Source: Bugula neritina (lineage: Eukaryota; Animalia; Bryozoa). From it: 64,000 nucleotides of DNA. The stretch spans positions 15,490,722 through 15,554,721 of the forward strand of contig OZ037766.1 in the NCBI GenBank assembly GCA_964035545.1. The letters run 5' to 3'. The notes beneath the pieces were generated by a model. That model worked only from the letters and a program-made list of their open reading frames with translations, was not told the origin of the DNA and ran no database searches. Below, piece after piece: positions 61,049 to 64,000 of the stretch; within the stretch, counting starts at the first letter, position 1; each line of letters begins with the position of its first letter. A program made the position numbers and the translations under genes.

Positions 61049-61999
61049 ATGGCAGAAGACGGCACGGAGCTACCCATTCCACTGAATGAAGGTGAGAGAG
61101 ATAATGTTGATATACCTGTGGAACCAGTGGTGTTAGATGAAGAAGTGAGAATTCTTAGAGAGTATGGTGAAGACAGATACCGGATGAAGGTGCCCACCTT
61201 CGCAGGCGAAGAAGCAGTGGAGCAGTTTATCCAAATATTCCAAGATGTGATGGAGATTTCAGAGTGGCCGCCAAGGGTGGCGCTGCTCAAGCTCAGGATG
61301 GCGCTGACGGGCAAAGCTAAGCCGTACGGAGCGGGACCTGACATAGACGGAATCTTTGCTTCCCTGCGGGCCCGTTTTGGCATCTCTCCCATAGATGCGC
61401 GGGCCCGTCTACAGAGGATGCGGCGTGATCCTCACACGTCACTAGAAGAGCACGCTGCCACGGTGTACCCATTAGCGCAGATTGCATTCCGCGATCTGCC
61501 TCCGGTACACCGTGAGAGGTATACCTATGATGCCTTCGTGCAGTCCATCAACGACTTGGGGCTCCACCATCAACTCCAAGCGAGGGGAGTCACCACAGTC
61601 GAAGATGCACTTGCGGTGGGAGAAGCCTATCTCTTGGCGACTCATATGCACCGCAACCGCGTGGCCTCCCGCCAGGTGACCACGGAGCACTCTACTGCTC
61701 ACACCGAATTAAATGCGGAACCCTCCGCGGTGGCTAGTGTGAACCAGATGTCACTAGCGTCAAAAATCTCACAGATGACTGACATGCTAGATAAACTGGT
61801 CACCACATTAGCCTCCCCAAGCCAGGTAGATACTGCCCGTGAGCCTTGCGGGCCGCAGGTACAATCACCAGGCATGGGGCACCACTTCTGCTGGGAATGC
61901 GGAAGGCCAGGACATTTCCAGAGAAACTGCCCTCAACTCCCACCAGGGTTAAACTACCCCGGCCCGCAGATGTTCCCACCTCCTGCGGGCCGTCTGTAA
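61049..61999 (+). CDS. gag: Gag (capsid + CCHC zinc knuckle), 316 aa
   Basis: ATG 61049; KVPTFAGEEAVEQFI..EW..LRMALTGKA capsid-like segment; CWECGRPGHFQRNC knuckle. Confidence 0.9.
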   Translation: MAEDGTELPIPLNEGERDNVDIPVEPVVLDEEVRILREYGEDRYRMKVPTFAGEEAVEQFIQIFQDVMEISEWPPRVALLKLRMALTGKAKPYGAGPDIDGIFASLRARFGISPIDARARLQRMRRDPHTSLEEHAATVYPLAQIAFRDLPPVHRERYTYDAFVQSINDLGLHHQLQARGVTTVEDALAVGEAYLLATHMHRNRVASRQVTTEHSTAHTELNAEPSAVASVNQMSLASKISQMTDMLDKLVTTLASPSQVDTAREPCGPQVQSPGMGHHFCWECGRPGHFQRNCPQLPPGLNYPGPQMFPPPAGRL

Positions 62000-62013
62000 A
62001 TCACCCAGGGAGG
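61948..62013 (+). promoter_or_regulatory. Putative -1 programmed ribosomal frameshift signal
   Basis: G_TTA_AAC 61948-61954 in the gag frame, 5-nt spacer, 10-bp stem CGGCCCGCAG/CTGCGGGCCG (61960-61992); loop TCCC can pair with GGGA at 62008. Confidence 0.7.
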
Positions 62014-64000
62014 CCCGCGCGTCTGTCGCCCCGCTGGGCGCCGCGCGGAGATGCTGTGAAGTGGCGACCCCCGCGGCAAGTAGGCTCAAGCCACTCGCCG
62101 CCTGGGTCCTCTACGCCACTCCGGCACCAACACGGAGCCGGCAGACGGTTGACCACAGAGCCTGCGAGGGAAACGGTACAAGCGCCGCAAGGCGTACCGC
62201 CCCAACCTCGGCAGCTGGTCAATAGTCGCCGCCAACCGTGGACCCCTCGACCCACAGCGAGGGAGGTGCAACCACGGCACACTCAATTGCAGCCGCACGG
62301 AAGTAGCTACTTCCTGCCAGGGAAGTTAGCCGGCAAGCCTGCCAACTTCCTCCTGGACTCCGGCTGCACCACCAACCTCCTTAGCCGTCAGTTCTTTGAC
62401 ACCCTCAGCGCTAAGGTCAAGGACAGGTTGGCACCGTACGAGGGGGATCATGGCACCTTGGCAGACGGGTCGTGCATTCCCTTCTACGGCATTATTGAGC
62501 TAACTGGTTACGTCCGTGACCAGGCCATCCAAGAGACGTTTATCGTCGGGCAGCTCAACGAGGATGCTATCCTCGGGATGCCATTCTTACAACGACACGG
62601 TTGTCGCATCGATTTCAGTAAATCTGCGATAATCATGGGCGACAAGGAGCTCGCTTGTGTCGATAAGTTTGGTCGTCCTCTAGCGGGAGCAGTGCAGGTA
62701 GTACGGAGCTGTACTATACCAGGCCACTCCCGGGCTACCGTCCGCTGCAAGGTAGACGGTGGCCAAACCTCTAAGTTGGGAGTTGTCGAAAGTACGCACT
62801 CGAGAGTCCAACTTGCCCGTAGTTTTAGCCGGCTCACGGGGCAAGGAGAGATCTCAGTGCAGTGTGTCAACCCCTTCTCAGAGACAGTAGACCTACCACC
62901 CAGATCCATGCTGGGTCGCTTCCATCCTGTCCAGGAGGAAGCCATTGGGCCGTCGTCGGGAGCTACGACGGAAGGTCCTCAGCAGAGCCCGTCTCGAGGG
63001 CGGAGGACCGTCCCAACCCACGCCTCCCCTCCTCCAGGGACGCGTGGCTGCACAGGCAACGGGAAGCGCCAGGCTATGGCTAGGTTGCCACATGGGTACA
63101 GTGAGGCGTTCAGCCACACAAACCACGGAGCCCGCCTAAATAGAGCAGGCTGCCGTGAGGTACCACGGGCGGCGAGGACCGCCCCTGCTCAGCCACTTCA
63201 ACAGAGGGCTGACACGCCCCCGGAGGCTGCCCAGAGCCTCCGCGCCAAACCTGTATGGGCTGGTAACGTTAGGGAGCTGCCGAAGCTCCAGGAATGCCTT
63301 CCTGGGGTGGTAGCCGACGTGTACCGAGCGAAACAGGAGGGGCGACGACCCAGTAGTACACAACGGCGACAGGGATGCGCCGAGTTACGGCTGTACTGTC
63401 AACGTTGGAGCTCTCTGCGGGTCGGGCCAGATGGTCTGCTAACCATGACCTTGGCCACCAACAGCAGACAGCCAGCCAGGAAGAGGGTTGTCTGCCCAGT
63501 TGCCATCCGCCGGAAGTTGATACAAGACACTCACGAGGAGACTCACGGAGGAGTCCAAGGGGTGGTCACCAAGTTACAACTCCGGTGGTACTGGCCTAAC
63601 ATGGAACGGGATATCCGACGCAGAGTGAGACGGTGCAAAGTCTGCCAGACCAACAAGCATAGCCGTCTCCCTGGTGAAGCGGGGCGGCAGACGCATTGTG
63701 CGAGAAGGTCTCGGCAGGCGGAGACTGTCAACCTGGCCGGAAACACCTCCATGACACGTCAGGAAGACTTGGCGAGGCGAGAAAGGCCACTTCCGTCCTT
63801 GAAAGTGCGCCCACCGCCCCCAACGTCAAGCCTGCCATCATCACCACTTCCGGAACCAGAAACAGGTCCGGAAGTGCAAAAACCCCCCGTGGGAGGGGCT
63901 CCGCAAGGAGATGCCAACATAGGACCAGCACCACACACTAGGCAACTTCCAGCGTGTCTCAGAGACTGTGTACGTGACCGCGGTATAAGCGGCAGTAACA
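61951..64000 (+). CDS. pol: Pol-derived ORF (-1 frame): aspartic protease, beta-rich linker, integrase HHCC zinc finger; no RT/RNase H seen
   Basis: Stop-free from 61843 to the window end by manual translation (absent from the ORF track because it has no stop). FLLDSGCTTNLL (DSG 62356-62364), DAILGMPFL, HEETHGG...WYWPNMERDIRRRVRRCKVC (63532-63645). Confidence 0.85.

Larger units (their letters stand above)
60731..64000 (+). mobile_element. Ty3/gypsy LTR retrotransposon (5' part; runs off the window), apparently non-autonomous
   Basis: Sharp GC increase after the LTR; LTR TGTAG...CTACA, PBS, gag with CCHC, aspartic protease, integrase HHCC. Confidence 0.92.

Noticed and set aside
61009-63941. 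Antisense and alternative-frame ORFs within the retroelement
   Set aside because: Expected shadows of GC-rich gag/pol coding sequence; no recognisable motifs

Overview
AT-rich, intron-rich animal (invertebrate-type) genomic DNA; not prokaryotic, so no CRISPR arrays or operons. From left to right: (1) a 17-exon liprin-beta (PPFIBP-family) gene on + (CDS 4345-21981, about 882 aa), with a candidate 3-nt microexon and a quadruplicated final splice acceptor; (2) a small spliced death-domain gene on - (about 25.1-26.0 kb, last exon uncertain); (3) a cluster of four six-exon actin genes with identical intron positions. Two are strongly divergent (27792-32235 -, 36444-39517 -) and two form a near-identical convergent pair with different N-termini (43966-46386 +, 48417-50954 -). 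All four are substituted at D187 and R206 in the latrunculin pocket. The cluster also holds CArG boxes, two copies of a TTA-target MITE and a decayed Academ-like transposase; (4) AT-rich simple repeats and two tRNA-derived repeats; (5) a Ty3/gypsy LTR element starting at 60731, with a tRNA-Leu PBS, intact gag, a -1 frameshift signal and a stop-free pol frame. That frame contains protease and the integrase Zn finger, but no RT/RNase H or integrase core within the window. Exon structures were built by hand from GT-AG sites and reading-frame continuity. Family assignments come from recalled motifs, not database searches.
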